Shown here: in pieces, positions 13,990 through 14,058 of the stretch | Layout of the letters: every line of letters begins with the position of its first letter | How positions within the stretch are numbered: the first letter of the stretch is position 1 | NCBI GenBank assembly: GCA_046757525.1 | Contig: JBHHYI010000107.1 | Span: 1-14,058 of the forward strand | Length of the DNA: 14,058 nt | Direction: 5' to 3' | Source: a bacterium | Lineage (GTDB): Bacteria > Zhuqueibacterota > Zhuqueibacteria > Oceanimicrobiales > Oceanimicrobiaceae | The notes under the pieces: generated by a model | Database searches by the model: none | What the model saw: the letters and a program-made list of their open reading frames with translations, nothing else | What the model was told of the DNA's origin: nothing | Made by a program: the position numbers and the translations under genes

Positions 13990-14058
13990 TTTGAACGTCG
14001 GCAACGTTATGCCAGGCATTTCCAGAGAGCAATTTGCGAGTCATCCCGAGTAGGTCAC

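Noticed and set aside
13960..14058. c-di-GMP-I riboswitch-like words (GCAAA...GAAA...GACG..CAAAGC) on the minus strand
   Set aside because: The GAAA is not closed by a stem and the second helix motif is missing; the region is also cut by the window edge.

Overview
A 14-kb bacterial window in which every supported gene is on the minus strand. In transcription order (right to left): DUF4013 membrane protein; PDZ-multi-TM-GAF-PP2C(SpoIIE/RsbU-type) phosphatase; an AT-rich solitary integron-type gene cassette (104-aa two-TM protein plus a 131-bp attC site, no integrase in view); an ABC-2 ATPase/permease pair; an intergenic ~151-bp MITE-like element (TIRs, target-site duplication, internal REP doublet); a 1141-aa fusion of a DMSO-reductase-family Mo/W-bisPGD enzyme to a group I (NifS/IscS-type) cysteine desulfurase; an orphan MacB/FtsX-type permease coupled to a catalytic-only Ser/Thr dehydratase; then a ~1.4-kb decayed defence-island scar. 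The scar holds the 5' stub of a PLD-helicase gene, two diverged 3' ends of a type IIG restriction-modification gene, nested palindromes, an intact leaderless two-gene putative toxin/immunity pair, and a Phd/YefM antitoxin stub running in frame into a DUF4892/OmpA-like gene that is cut by the window edge. The best candidates for new biology are the Mo-enzyme/desulfurase fusion, the small gene pair bracketed by R-M 3' repeats, and the solo attC cassette. Family assignments come from motif recognition and recall; no database searches were run.
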